The translations under genes and the position numbers were made by a program. This document shows, piece after piece, positions 9,679 to 18,808 of a stretch of 36,284 bases of DNA (the stretch's first letter is position 1; each line of letters begins with the position of its first letter). The stretch covers positions 1 through 36,284 of the forward strand of contig DATJKV010000165.1 in assembly GCA_035491155.1 (NCBI GenBank), written 5' to 3'. Source of the stretch: Magnetospirillum sp. Lineage in GTDB: Bacteria > Pseudomonadota > Alphaproteobacteria > Rhodospirillales > Magnetospirillaceae. The notes under the pieces are model-generated. The model saw only the letters and a program-made list of their open reading frames with translations. It had not been told where the DNA came from and did not search any database.

Positions 9679-9884
9679 CCCGACCATGGCGCGGACCAGG
9701 CCTCTCCGTTTTGAAATAGCGCGGCCTATCGCAGATGTGATAGTTGACGACCTCACGGGTTCGCCGCTGTCGCTGCGCCTGGGGGAGATCAGCGCCGCCG
9801 CCTCGCCCGCCGTCATGGTTAAGTTAATGATGGCGTTTCCATTCACGAGCCATGGCGGGCTGATAGTGAAAGGGAATTGAGTTC

Positions 9885-10892
9885 ATGACGGCCTTTCGAA
9901 GGGTCCTGGTGACGGGTGCGGGTGGTTTCATCGGCAGCCACCTGACCGAGGAACTGGTGCGTCGCGGCTTTAATGTCCGCGCTTTGGTCGAATACAATTC
10001 CTTCAACAGCTGGGGTTGGCTCGATTCCGTGCCCGCCGAGGTTAAGGCCGCCATCGAGGTGGTGTCCGGGGACGTTCGCGACCCCCATGCCATGCGGGAA
10101 GCCGTTTCCGGTTGCGACCTGGTGCTGCACTTGGCGGCGCTGATCGCCATTCCCTATTCCTACGTGGCGCCCCAGTCCTATATCGACACCAACATCACTG
10201 GCACCCTCAATCTGTTGCAGGCAGCGCGTGATGCCGGAGTTGCGCGGTTCGTCCATACCTCCACCAGTGAGGTTTACGGGACGGCGCGGTTCGTTCCTAT
10301 CACCGAAGAACACCCGCTTCAGGGGCAATCCCCCTATGCCGCCAGCAAGATTGGGGCGGACCAGATGGCGCTGTCGTTCCAAAAATCCTTCGGTTTGCCG
10401 GTTTCCGTCATCCGTCCTTTCAACACCTACGGGCCGCGCCAGTCCGCTCGCGCGGTGATCCCCACCATCATCAGCCAAATTCTTGGCGGCAAGAAAAGCA
10501 TCCGGCTGGGCTCGCTGCACCCCACCCGCGATTTCAACTTCGTGCGGGACGTGGCGGCCGGGTTTGTCGCCGTGGCCCATGCCGACAAGGCGGTGGGCGA
10601 GGTGGTCAACGTGGGAAGCAATTTCGAGATCTCGGTTGGCGACACCGTGCGGGTGATTGCCGAGGTGCTGGGCCGCGAGGTGGTTATCGAGCAGGATGAC
10701 CAGCGCCTCCGCCCCGCATTGAGCGAGGTCGAGCGCTTGTGGGCCGACAATTCCAAGGTGGCGGCGCTGGCCGGTTGGAGCCCAGCCTATGGAGGGGTCG
10801 AAGGCTTCCGCCGCGGCATTGCCGAAACCGCCGCCTGGTTTGCCGACCCTGCCAATCTCGCTCTCTACAAGACCGACGTTTTCAACCGATGA
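9885..10892 (+). CDS. legB: NAD-dependent nucleotide-sugar 4,6-dehydratase, LegB type
   Basis: TGAGGFIGSHL, YNSFNSWGWLD, LAALIAIPYSY, TSTSEVYG, YAASK, RPFNTYGPRQSARAVIP and SEVERL. Confidence 0.88.
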   Translation: MTAFRRVLVTGAGGFIGSHLTEELVRRGFNVRALVEYNSFNSWGWLDSVPAEVKAAIEVVSGDVRDPHAMREAVSGCDLVLHLAALIAIPYSYVAPQSYIDTNITGTLNLLQAARDAGVARFVHTSTSEVYGTARFVPITEEHPLQGQSPYAASKIGADQMALSFQKSFGLPVSVIRPFNTYGPRQSARAVIPTIISQILGGKKSIRLGSLHPTRDFNFVRDVAAGFVAVAHADKAVGEVVNVGSNFEISVGDTVRVIAEVLGREVVIEQDDQRLRPALSEVERLWADNSKVAALAGWSPAYGGVEGFRRGIAETAAWFADPANLALYKTDVFNR

Positions 10893-11971
10893 CCCGCCGC
10901 GACAAGACTGCCCTCGTCGATTCACTCCGGTTGCCGCCGGACACATCGTTGATGAAGGCCATCGAGTTCCTGACCCAGCAGGCCTTGCACAAGATCCTGC
11001 TGATTACCGACGATGATTACCGCCTGCTCGGCATCATCACCGATTACGACATCCGCAGGGCGATCCTCAATCACGTCAGTCTGGACCTGCCGGTCAGCGC
11101 AGTCATGAATCCGGCCCCGATGACCATGGCGCAGACCTGCTCGGACGCCGAGATCATGGGCCACATGGAGCGCATCGGCTGTACCCAGATGCCCGTGGTC
11201 GACACCCAAGGTCGCGTCGTCGATGTCCGCTTCATCGATGAATTCCTGCATTTCGGCGACAACGAACGCCACGAAAACGTGGTGGTGATCATGGCTGGCG
11301 GTCTGGGAACCCGGTTGCGCCCCATGACCGAGCGGGTGCCGAAGCCGTTGCTGACCGTTGGCGGGCGGCCGCTGCTATTCATCCTGCTGGACCAGATCCT
11401 GACCGAGGGCTTTGATCGCGTGTTCATTTCGCTCAATTACAAGAGCGATATGATTATCAAGGCGATTCGAGAGGTATCGTCCTATCGCGACCGGGTGGAT
11501 TTCCTGCTGGAAGGCGACACCATGCTGGGAACCGCCGGCAGCCTGTCGCTGTTGCCCGAACGCCCGGCCGCACCGTTCGTGGTCATCAACGGCGATCTGC
11601 TGACCAATGTCTCGCTCAAAGACATGCTGCAGTTCCATTGCAGCGAGGGCAACCAGCTGACCATGGCGGTGCGCCACGAACACCACAAGGTCGCCTATGG
11701 CGTCGTCGACCTGGACGGCACCCGCGTTACCGGCATGCGTGAAAAGCCGGTGTTCTCGTATTATTTCAACACCGGCATCTACGTGGTGGAACCGGCCATG
11801 CTCGAAACTGTGCCGCCCGAGACCACCTGGAATATGACAGATTTGGTGGACGGCGCGCTCGCCAAGGGCGATCGGGTCGGCGCCTTTCCGGTGCACGAAT
11901 TCTGGATCGACATCGGCACGCCGGACCAATACGAGCGCGCGCAAAGCGAGTTCGAGGTCTATTTCAGGTAA
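10889..11971 (+). CDS. CBS-domain sugar-1-phosphate nucleotidyltransferase (LegX/PtmE-like)
   Basis: ATGA overlap with legB stop. N-terminal CBS pair (GIITDYDIRRAIL), MAGGLGTRLRPMT..PKPLL, INGDLLT and WIDIG. Confidence 0.9.
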   Translation: MTRRDKTALVDSLRLPPDTSLMKAIEFLTQQALHKILLITDDDYRLLGIITDYDIRRAILNHVSLDLPVSAVMNPAPMTMAQTCSDAEIMGHMERIGCTQMPVVDTQGRVVDVRFIDEFLHFGDNERHENVVVIMAGGLGTRLRPMTERVPKPLLTVGGRPLLFILLDQILTEGFDRVFISLNYKSDMIIKAIREVSSYRDRVDFLLEGDTMLGTAGSLSLLPERPAAPFVVINGDLLTNVSLKDMLQFHCSEGNQLTMAVRHEHHKVAYGVVDLDGTRVTGMREKPVFSYYFNTGIYVVEPAMLETVPPETTWNMTDLVDGALAKGDRVGAFPVHEFWIDIGTPDQYERAQSEFEVYFR

Positions 11972-12189
11972 GCAGGCGCATTCGTCGCCCTGCTTCCATC
12001 CCGTTCTCCACCTCTATAATAGATCACTACGGCAAGAACAAAAGCATCACGGCGTTATTTTAACGCAAAAGGCTCTTTTCTTTGGTAGTTGGTGCGGTGA
12101 TTGCGGGACGTGCAGGAATTGGGGCTAGAGAGGTAAGGCCGACCGGGCGGTTTGCACGGCTGCGGGAAGCGGCCAAAGGTACGTGGCGG

Positions 12190-12219
12190 TTGACCTTTCC
12201 TGCGCCGCCACGATATGAT
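12190..12219 (+). promoter_or_regulatory. Candidate sigma70-type promoter for the hisH-led operon
   Basis: TTGACC (12190-12195), 18-nt spacer, TATGAT (12214-12219), 35 nt upstream of the hisH ATG in a 283-bp intergenic gap. Confidence 0.5.
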
Positions 12220-12254
12220 CGCGGCCTCCAAGTCTTCAAAGGAATTTTGGAGCA

Positions 12255-12890
12255 ATGTTGGTAATTGTAGATATCAAAATAAGTAATCTTCAATCTGTTT
12301 TAAATGCTCTGAATCGAGTCAATTTAAAGGGCCAGGTATCATCCGACCCGCAAGCCCTCGCCAGCGCCTCGGCTATAATTTTGCCGGGCGTCGGGCATTT
12401 CGCCAAGGGTGCAGAGAGTCTTAGATCAAGTGGCCTGGGTGAGATCATCGTCAGGCGCGCCAGGGAAGACAGGGTTCCCGTCCTTGGAATATGCCTGGGC
12501 ATGCAACTCCTTGCCGACAGTAGCGAGGAAGGGGGCAATATCGAGGGGCTCGGGTTGATCAAGGGCAATGTCGTCAAGCTCAATCCCACCGAACCCGGTT
12601 ATCTTATTCCCAATATCAGCTGGTACTACGCCCAGCCCCGCCGTGCCGGAGTCCTGTTCCCCAGGGCCGAAGCAACGGAATCTTTTTATTTTGTCCACAG
12701 TTATCATATGGTTCCCGAAGATCCGGCAGATATCGCCGCGACCATCAGGTACAGCGGCCAGGACGTATGTGCCGCGGTCGAACGGGACAATGTATTCGGC
12801 GTTCAGTTCCATCCGGAAAAAAGCCAGGATGCCGGACTTGATCTGCTGAACGATTTCAAAAATCATCTCGACCGGATGGGGCTTGCCTGA
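12255..12890 (+). CDS. hisH: Class I glutamine amidotransferase, HisH2/WbuY type (ammonia donor for sugar amidation)
   Basis: ILPGVG, LGICLGMQLL (Cys nucleophile), FYFVHSY and QFHPEKS (His-Glu). Confidence 0.92.
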   Translation: MLVIVDIKISNLQSVLNALNRVNLKGQVSSDPQALASASAIILPGVGHFAKGAESLRSSGLGEIIVRRAREDRVPVLGICLGMQLLADSSEEGGNIEGLGLIKGNVVKLNPTEPGYLIPNISWYYAQPRRAGVLFPRAEATESFYFVHSYHMVPEDPADIAATIRYSGQDVCAAVERDNVFGVQFHPEKSQDAGLDLLNDFKNHLDRMGLA

Positions 12891-12892
12891 CC

Positions 12893-14962
12893 ATGTCGAT
12901 GCCCCGCCTTATCGTTTGCCTGCTGGTCAAGAACGGCATGATCGTGCGCAGCGAGTCCTTCGTGCGCCACCAGATCATCGGCAACCCCATCAGCACGGTG
13001 TCGCGTCTGTCCAACTGGAACATCGACGAGCTGGTGGTCCTCGACATCAGCGAGCAGGATTTCCACGACATGCGCCGCGACGACCTGGCCATACGGGACG
13101 GCGGCGATGGCAGCACGCTGGGCCTGTTGCGGCGCATCGCCGCGGTGACCTGCATGCCGCTGTCCTTCGGCGGCCGCATCGGCTCCATCGACGATATCCA
13201 GAAGCGGCTTGAGGCCGGCGCCGATAAGTGCGTCATCAACACCATGGCGTTCGAGCGGCCCGAGTTGATCCGCGAGGCGTCCGAGCAGTTCGGCTCGCAG
13301 TGCATCGTCGTCAGCATCGACGCGCGCCGCCATCCCGATGGCCGCTACGAGGCCTTCGTCGACCGCGGCCGCAAGGCCACCGGCCTGACTCCCGCCGAGT
13401 TGGCGCGCAAGGTCGAGGCCCTGGGCGCGGGCGAAATCTTCCTCAATTCCATCGACCGCGACGGCGCCGCCAACGGCTACGACCTTGAGCTCATCCGTAG
13501 CGTCACCTCGGCGGTCCGTATCCCGGTCATCGCCTGCGGCGGCGTCGGCAAGTACGAGGATTTCGTCCCCGGTGTCACCGAGGGCAAGGCTAGCGCCGTT
13601 GCCGCGGCCAACATCTTCCATTTCTTCGAGCTGGCCTATCCTTACGCCAAGCGCGCCTGCCTCGAGGCCGGGCTGGACATGCGCAAGGTGGCGCTGAACA
13701 GCCGCTGGTTCCCGCGCGACCCCGCCTATGACGTCGAGGCCGAGACCGCCCGCATCAACGACCGCCTGGAACGGGCAAAGGCCAACCTGGGTCCGCGCAC
13801 GGTCCTGGCCAACCGCCCCAAGGTGCGGTGGTGCCGCCGCTGCCTGTATCCGTCGTCCTCCGCCACCTACATGGTGTTCGACGACGAAGGCGTGTGCATG
13901 GGCTGCCGCCAGTCGAACACCAAGTTCGAGTATTCGCCGGAAATCTGGGAGCAGCGCCGCAAGCAGCTGATCGACATCCTTGAGAAGCACCGCTGTCCCT
14001 ATGGCAGCCGGCACGATTGCGTCATCGGCGTGTCGGGCGGCAAGGACAGCTATTTCCAGGCCCACTACATCAAGAGCCTCGGCTTCAATCCGCTGCTGGT
14101 GACCTATTTCGGCAACAACTACACCGAAGTGGGCCTGCGCAACCTGCACCGGATGAAGGAGGTGCTGGGGCTGGACCACGTCGTCGTCTATCCCAGTGTC
14201 GACACGCTGAAAAAGCTGAACCGGTTGGGCCTGGTGGTCATGGGCGACATGAATTGGCACGCCCATGTGGGCATCGGCACCACGCCCATGCGCGAGGCGG
14301 TGCTGCGCGGCATTCCCCTGGTCATCTGGGGCGAGCACGGCGAGTTGGACCTCAGCGGCCAGTTCTCCATGAATGACATGGTCGAGCGCACCTACCGCTA
14401 CCGTCTCGAGCGCGACGCGCGCGGCTACGAGTGGAACTACATGGTCGGGCGCGAGGGCTTGACGGCGCAGGACATGGCCCTGTGGAAGTATCCCTCGGAT
14501 CAGGAAATCTACGATCTCGGCCTCAAGATCCTGTTCCTCAGCAACTTCACGCTGTGGGAGGGCAACGAGAACCTGCGCATCGCCCAGGAGCTCTACGGCT
14601 TCGAGGTTCCCGACATCGCCTTCGAACGGACCTATCGCCGCGGCTCCAATCTCGACGACATGCACGAGAACGGGATGCACGACTACCTGAAATTCGTCAA
14701 ATTCGGCTATGGCCGCTGCACCGATCACGCGACCAAGGACATTCGTGCCGGCAAGATGACCCGGGAACGAGGCATCGAGCTGGTCCGCCAATACGACCAT
14801 GTGAAGTCCAGCGACATCCACCGCTGGCTGGGTTACGTCGGCATGAGCGAAGCCGAGTTCGACGCCATCGCCGACACCTTCCGTGATCCTCGCGTGTGGT
14901 GGCGCGACCAGACCGGCGCTTGGGTCAAGGACGACATCTGGGACGAGGAGGTCGGCAAGTGA
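12893..14962 (+). CDS. Fusion of HisF2/WbuZ-like TIM barrel and N-acetyl sugar amidotransferase (WbuX/PseA-like)
   Basis: First ~265 aa: RLIVCLLV, FGGRI, FGSQCIVVSID, NSIDRDG, PVIACGG. Then CRRC...CMGC, DCVIGVSGGKDS (PP-loop), IWGE and KFGYGR, all in one uninterrupted 689-aa frame. Confidence 0.9.
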   Translation: MSMPRLIVCLLVKNGMIVRSESFVRHQIIGNPISTVSRLSNWNIDELVVLDISEQDFHDMRRDDLAIRDGGDGSTLGLLRRIAAVTCMPLSFGGRIGSIDDIQKRLEAGADKCVINTMAFERPELIREASEQFGSQCIVVSIDARRHPDGRYEAFVDRGRKATGLTPAELARKVEALGAGEIFLNSIDRDGAANGYDLELIRSVTSAVRIPVIACGGVGKYEDFVPGVTEGKASAVAAANIFHFFELAYPYAKRACLEAGLDMRKVALNSRWFPRDPAYDVEAETARINDRLERAKANLGPRTVLANRPKVRWCRRCLYPSSSATYMVFDDEGVCMGCRQSNTKFEYSPEIWEQRRKQLIDILEKHRCPYGSRHDCVIGVSGGKDSYFQAHYIKSLGFNPLLVTYFGNNYTEVGLRNLHRMKEVLGLDHVVVYPSVDTLKKLNRLGLVVMGDMNWHAHVGIGTTPMREAVLRGIPLVIWGEHGELDLSGQFSMNDMVERTYRYRLERDARGYEWNYMVGREGLTAQDMALWKYPSDQEIYDLGLKILFLSNFTLWEGNENLRIAQELYGFEVPDIAFERTYRRGSNLDDMHENGMHDYLKFVKFGYGRCTDHATKDIRAGKMTRERGIELVRQYDHVKSSDIHRWLGYVGMSEAEFDAIADTFRDPRVWWRDQTGAWVKDDIWDEEVGK

Positions 14963-15966
14963 GCCTGAAAAGCCGCTTCCAGGCCCAGTACCGGACCGGC
15001 AGGGATGTCGGATACCTGACCGAACGGCCGCCGGTACCCGGCAACATGATGATGGAGCTGTCCAACGCGTGCAATCACAGCTGCGCGTTCTGCCCCAGCC
15101 CCCACATGAAGCGCAAGCGCGGCCTGATGTCCGACGAGGTCGCCGAGCGGGTCATCGCCCAAGCCGCGGCGGCCGGCGTGCGCGAAATCGGCTTTTATTC
15201 CACCGGCGAGCCCTTCATTCACAGAGGCCTAGCCCGTTTGATCGCCCATGCCAAGAACGTGGGCATCGGCTACACCTATATCTCCACCAATGGTGCCCTG
15301 GCGACGCCCGATCGGGCGCGCAAGGTCATCGAGGCCGGTCTGGATTCGATCAAGTTCTCGGTCAACGCCGGATCGCGGGAAACCTACAAGACCATCCACG
15401 GCGTCGACGATTTCGAAGCGGTTTCGCGCAACATCGAGTTCATCGCCAATTATCGGCGCGAAATCGGCTCGCCGATCAAGCTCTTTGCCTCTTGCGTGGT
15501 TACCAAGGTCATCGAACACGAGGTGCCCAAGATCCGCGATTGGCTGGCGCCGTTGGTCGACGAGGTCCAGTTCAATCCCTGCGCGCCGTTCAACTGGCCG
15601 GACCAAGCGCTTGCCGGCAATGCCGAGATTTGCCACCTTCCGTTCAATCGCATCCACGTGACGTGCGAGGGCTACCTCACGCTCTGCTGCGTCGACTACC
15701 AGAACTACCTAGCCGTAGCGGATCTCAACCGGATGAGCCTGACCGAGGCGTGGCATTCGGATTCCTTCGTGCGGGCGCGGCGCCAGCACCTCGGCGACGA
15801 CATGGCCGGAACCCTGTGCGGCCGTTGCTGGCGCAACGCCCCCGACCCGGTCGAGCCGCTGGTCGCGGAATTGGCGGATGTGATCGATTACGAAGACTAC
15901 GACCGCTCACAGCGCCAGGCCATTCTCGAAGGCCTACGGACGAATAATTTGGAGACTGGCGAATGA
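14959..15966 (+). CDS. Radical SAM protein with SPASM/twitch domain (paralogue B)
   Basis: GTGA overlap with the upstream stop. CNHSCAFC, YSTGEP, STNG and CHLPF...LCC...CGRC. Confidence 0.9.
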   Translation: MSLKSRFQAQYRTGRDVGYLTERPPVPGNMMMELSNACNHSCAFCPSPHMKRKRGLMSDEVAERVIAQAAAAGVREIGFYSTGEPFIHRGLARLIAHAKNVGIGYTYISTNGALATPDRARKVIEAGLDSIKFSVNAGSRETYKTIHGVDDFEAVSRNIEFIANYRREIGSPIKLFASCVVTKVIEHEVPKIRDWLAPLVDEVQFNPCAPFNWPDQALAGNAEICHLPFNRIHVTCEGYLTLCCVDYQNYLAVADLNRMSLTEAWHSDSFVRARRQHLGDDMAGTLCGRCWRNAPDPVEPLVAELADVIDYEDYDRSQRQAILEGLRTNNLETGE

Positions 15967-16958
15967 CCGCCAAGGGTAAGCCTCAGTTGGACAGCAGCGC
16001 GGATTACAAGGAATACGTCTTCAGCGAGGAATGGAAGTCCCACGTGGGTGAGGACTTTCATGAATACCGCCGGCTGTGGCACGAGGTTCCTGCCAATTGT
16101 CAGGATTTGGGCTATCCGCTCAACCTGGACATCGAAACGACCGATATCTGCAACCTGTCCTGTCCGGGGTGCCCGCGCACCCTCATGGCCGAGAATAACG
16201 AACTGACCATGCGGCGGATGAGCCGTGAGGAATATTCCAGCCTTGTCGATCAGGCCGCCGAGATGGGCGTCAAGGCGCTCAAGCTGATGTACAACGGCGA
16301 GCCCCTGGCCCACAAGGACGTGGTCTGGCAGGTCGAGTACGCCAAGCAGCGCGGCATCGTCGACGTGATCATGAACTCCAATGCCACCTTGCTGCGCAAG
16401 GACACGGCGGAGGGTCTGCTCAAGGCTGGCCTGGACGGCATCTTCTTCTCCATCGACGCCGTCTCTCCCGACGTCTACGAGCAGCGCCGGGTCGGCGCCC
16501 GCTTCGGTCAGGTGATCGACAACATTTACAACTTCATCAAGCTGCGCAACGAATTGCGGCCGTCCTGCCGCACCCGCATCAGCATGGTGATGTTCGAAGG
16601 CGACGAGTGGCGCGACCAGTTCCAGGCGTTGCGCACCATGTGGGGCGGCCTGGTCGATTCCATCGGCTACAGCGTGGCCACCGATTACGAGGACACCTCG
16701 GTCAAGTCGGCGGTGCCGGGCTGGTGGTGCTCGCAGCCGTTCCAGCGCATGGTGCTGAAGATCAACGGCAACGCCACCGTCTGCTGCCCCGACAATTGGG
16801 ACGCGCTGAAGGTCGGTGACTGGCGCGAGACTTCGCTCAAGGACCTGTGGAACAGCGAGGCCGCGCGGGCCATTCGCCAGGCCCACCGCGAGGGCAAGTA
16901 CCACGACATCGACCTCTGCTCGCGCTGTTCGTATCCGCATCTGGAAAAGACGGTATGA
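15963..16958 (+). CDS. Radical SAM protein with SPASM/twitch domain (third, divergent)
   Basis: ATGA overlap. CNLSCPGC, YNGEPL, NSNA and CSQPF...VCC...CSRC. Confidence 0.9.
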   Translation: MTAKGKPQLDSSADYKEYVFSEEWKSHVGEDFHEYRRLWHEVPANCQDLGYPLNLDIETTDICNLSCPGCPRTLMAENNELTMRRMSREEYSSLVDQAAEMGVKALKLMYNGEPLAHKDVVWQVEYAKQRGIVDVIMNSNATLLRKDTAEGLLKAGLDGIFFSIDAVSPDVYEQRRVGARFGQVIDNIYNFIKLRNELRPSCRTRISMVMFEGDEWRDQFQALRTMWGGLVDSIGYSVATDYEDTSVKSAVPGWWCSQPFQRMVLKINGNATVCCPDNWDALKVGDWRETSLKDLWNSEAARAIRQAHREGKYHDIDLCSRCSYPHLEKTV

Positions 16959-18724
16959 ATCTGGGCGGCGGTGGCGGCAAGTCGCTGCTCGCTCGATTGC
17001 GTGACGGACTGCGCCGCCAGGAAGCACCGGCTCCCCTGGGGACGTTGATGTCGCGGACCGACGCCGTGGCCGAACGTCTCAGCGCGGCGGCGATGGAGGA
17101 GTTGTTCGCTGCCCGCGCCGGGTGCCAGGCGGTCGCTGCCGCCTTCGCCCGCTTCGTTGGCGAGCCCGGCGGCCGGCAGGCCATCAGGAAGGCGTTGCAT
17201 ATCGCGCTCGAGGACCGGATGCGGGCGGTCGCCCTGACCGCCGATCCGCCCGAGCGCAACGGCTTCGGGCCCATTCCGGCAATCAGCCTGGGCTGGCCGC
17301 TCGATGGGGCGGCCGCACGCGCGCTCGGCCTTTCACCGCCGCCGCGCCGCATCGGTTTCCACCTGCTGGCCGTGGCCGGCGTGCTGACGCAGGCGGTGCT
17401 GCTGGCGGTCGAGGCTGTGGCGGCGCTGGCGGCACCTGGCCGGCCGCCAGCGGCGCGGCAGCATTTCTCCGTCGCCATTCCCAATTTCACCCATCCCCAT
17501 TACTGGCAAGCCATCCTCGACGCGGTGCGCGAAAGGCTGGGCAACCGGCCCGACCTTCTGTTGCTGATCAACGACCAGGGCCGCTCGGGCGATGCCGGAC
17601 CGGGCACCGTCGGCGTGGATCCCAAACGCCTGCCGGTGCGGCGCGGGCCGTGGCTGCGCGACGTGGTGCTGCCGAGCCTGCGGCTGCTCGCCGCCGTGCT
17701 GGGGCGCATCGCCGTGGCACCGTTCGACGGCGCCGTGCTTGAGGCCGCGCGCGGCGCCTTCTTCGAGGCCCGCCAGACCCTGCCCACCCGCCGCTTGCTC
17801 GACAATTTCGCCATTCGGCACTACGTCGACCATACCGAGTACACCGCGACTCATGTGGCGCGCGCCTCTATCCTGCACCAGTCGGGCGGGCTGATGGTGC
17901 GCTGGCCCCATTGCGTCATGGACAATCCAGGCGCAGCCCTGTCCTACCTGGGTTATGACCTCTTCCTGTCCGGTGGCGCGGTCGAGAAACGCGACCACGG
18001 CGCCACTTGGTCTGCCTCGCTCCGGCCGGTGGTGAGCGGCCTGATCAAGAACGATCGCCGGCTCAACGAGGGTCAGCGGGTCGCGCCGGACATCGAGGCG
18101 CGCATCGCTGCGCATCGGGCGGCCGGCGGTCGCGTCGCCGCCTATTTTGGCATGAGCCCGGTCCCCGGTTTCGAGGTCTGCGTGCGCGACACCCTGGAAG
18201 CCATGGCCGACGCTCTTGCCGGTCGGCCGGAATGGCTGCTGGTGGTCAAGGCCAAGGGCCCCCGCTCGCTCCACGTGCTGGAACGTGTGTTCCCCGATTG
18301 CGCCGGCTTTCGCCGCATGCGGGACGCCGGCCGCGTGCTGGTGGTGCCCTATGACCAGCCCGGCTTCGAGCCGTGCGCGGCGGGCTGGCTGTGCGGCCAC
18401 ATGGATTTCGGCGTCGGTTTCGGCTCGGTCCAGGCCGAGGCCCTGGTGCGCGGCATCCCGCATTTCTGCTACTACCCAGTCATGCAGGACACTCCGACCC
18501 AGCGCCTGCTGGCCGGCTGCGGCCTGCTTCACGACGACGTCGCCACTTTCCGCGTGGCGCTCGGGCGCTGGCTCGACGCGCCCGAGGGGTTCTTGCTCCC
18601 CATCGACGTCTGCCGCGAAGCCTATGACCGCTTCGCCGACGACCAGGCGCTGGACCGGGTGGCCGAGCTGCTCTGGTGCGAAGAGGGTGCGAGTGGACTG
18701 GCGCGGCGCCAAGCGAGGCCGTAG
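16955..18724 (+). CDS. Hypothetical glycan biosynthesis protein, GT-B-like C-terminal half
   Basis: ATGA overlap at 16955, 589 aa. LLVVKAKG and FGSVQAEALVRGIP resemble the GT-B C-terminal S/TxxxEAxxxGxP motif. Confidence 0.55.
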   Translation: MNLGGGGGKSLLARLRDGLRRQEAPAPLGTLMSRTDAVAERLSAAAMEELFAARAGCQAVAAAFARFVGEPGGRQAIRKALHIALEDRMRAVALTADPPERNGFGPIPAISLGWPLDGAAARALGLSPPPRRIGFHLLAVAGVLTQAVLLAVEAVAALAAPGRPPAARQHFSVAIPNFTHPHYWQAILDAVRERLGNRPDLLLLINDQGRSGDAGPGTVGVDPKRLPVRRGPWLRDVVLPSLRLLAAVLGRIAVAPFDGAVLEAARGAFFEARQTLPTRRLLDNFAIRHYVDHTEYTATHVARASILHQSGGLMVRWPHCVMDNPGAALSYLGYDLFLSGGAVEKRDHGATWSASLRPVVSGLIKNDRRLNEGQRVAPDIEARIAAHRAAGGRVAAYFGMSPVPGFEVCVRDTLEAMADALAGRPEWLLVVKAKGPRSLHVLERVFPDCAGFRRMRDAGRVLVVPYDQPGFEPCAAGWLCGHMDFGVGFGSVQAEALVRGIPHFCYYPVMQDTPTQRLLAGCGLLHDDVATFRVALGRWLDAPEGFLLPIDVCREAYDRFADDQALDRVAELLWCEEGASGLARRQARP

Positions 18725-18808
18725 ATTGGCCCCGGCGTGCCACCACAAGACGTGGGCAAATCTTCCGACGGATCGAAAGGATTTGGCAGGGTGAGGAATC
18801 GACTGAGC

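Noticed and set aside
9808-9835. Imperfect palindrome CGCCGTCAT...ATGATGGCG around TTAAGTTAA upstream of legB (CtrA-like?)
   Set aside because: TTAA half-site spacing is 1 nt, not the 7 nt of a CtrA box. It is a single occurrence and cannot be assigned.
11970-11995. Hairpin AAGCAGG...CCTGCTT after the nucleotidyltransferase stop
   Set aside because: Short bulged stem without a convincing U-tract, so too weak to call a terminator.
12255-13700. Histidine biosynthesis operon (hisH/hisF)
   Set aside because: No other his genes are present, the barrel lacks the N-terminal catalytic Asp, and it is fused to a sugar amidotransferase.
12863-14821. 652-aa minus-strand ORF (and similar long shadows such as 665-1723, 9843-10946, 20782-21981, 28207-29373)
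   Set aside because: They mirror real genes with strong G/C third-position bias and have no independent coding evidence.
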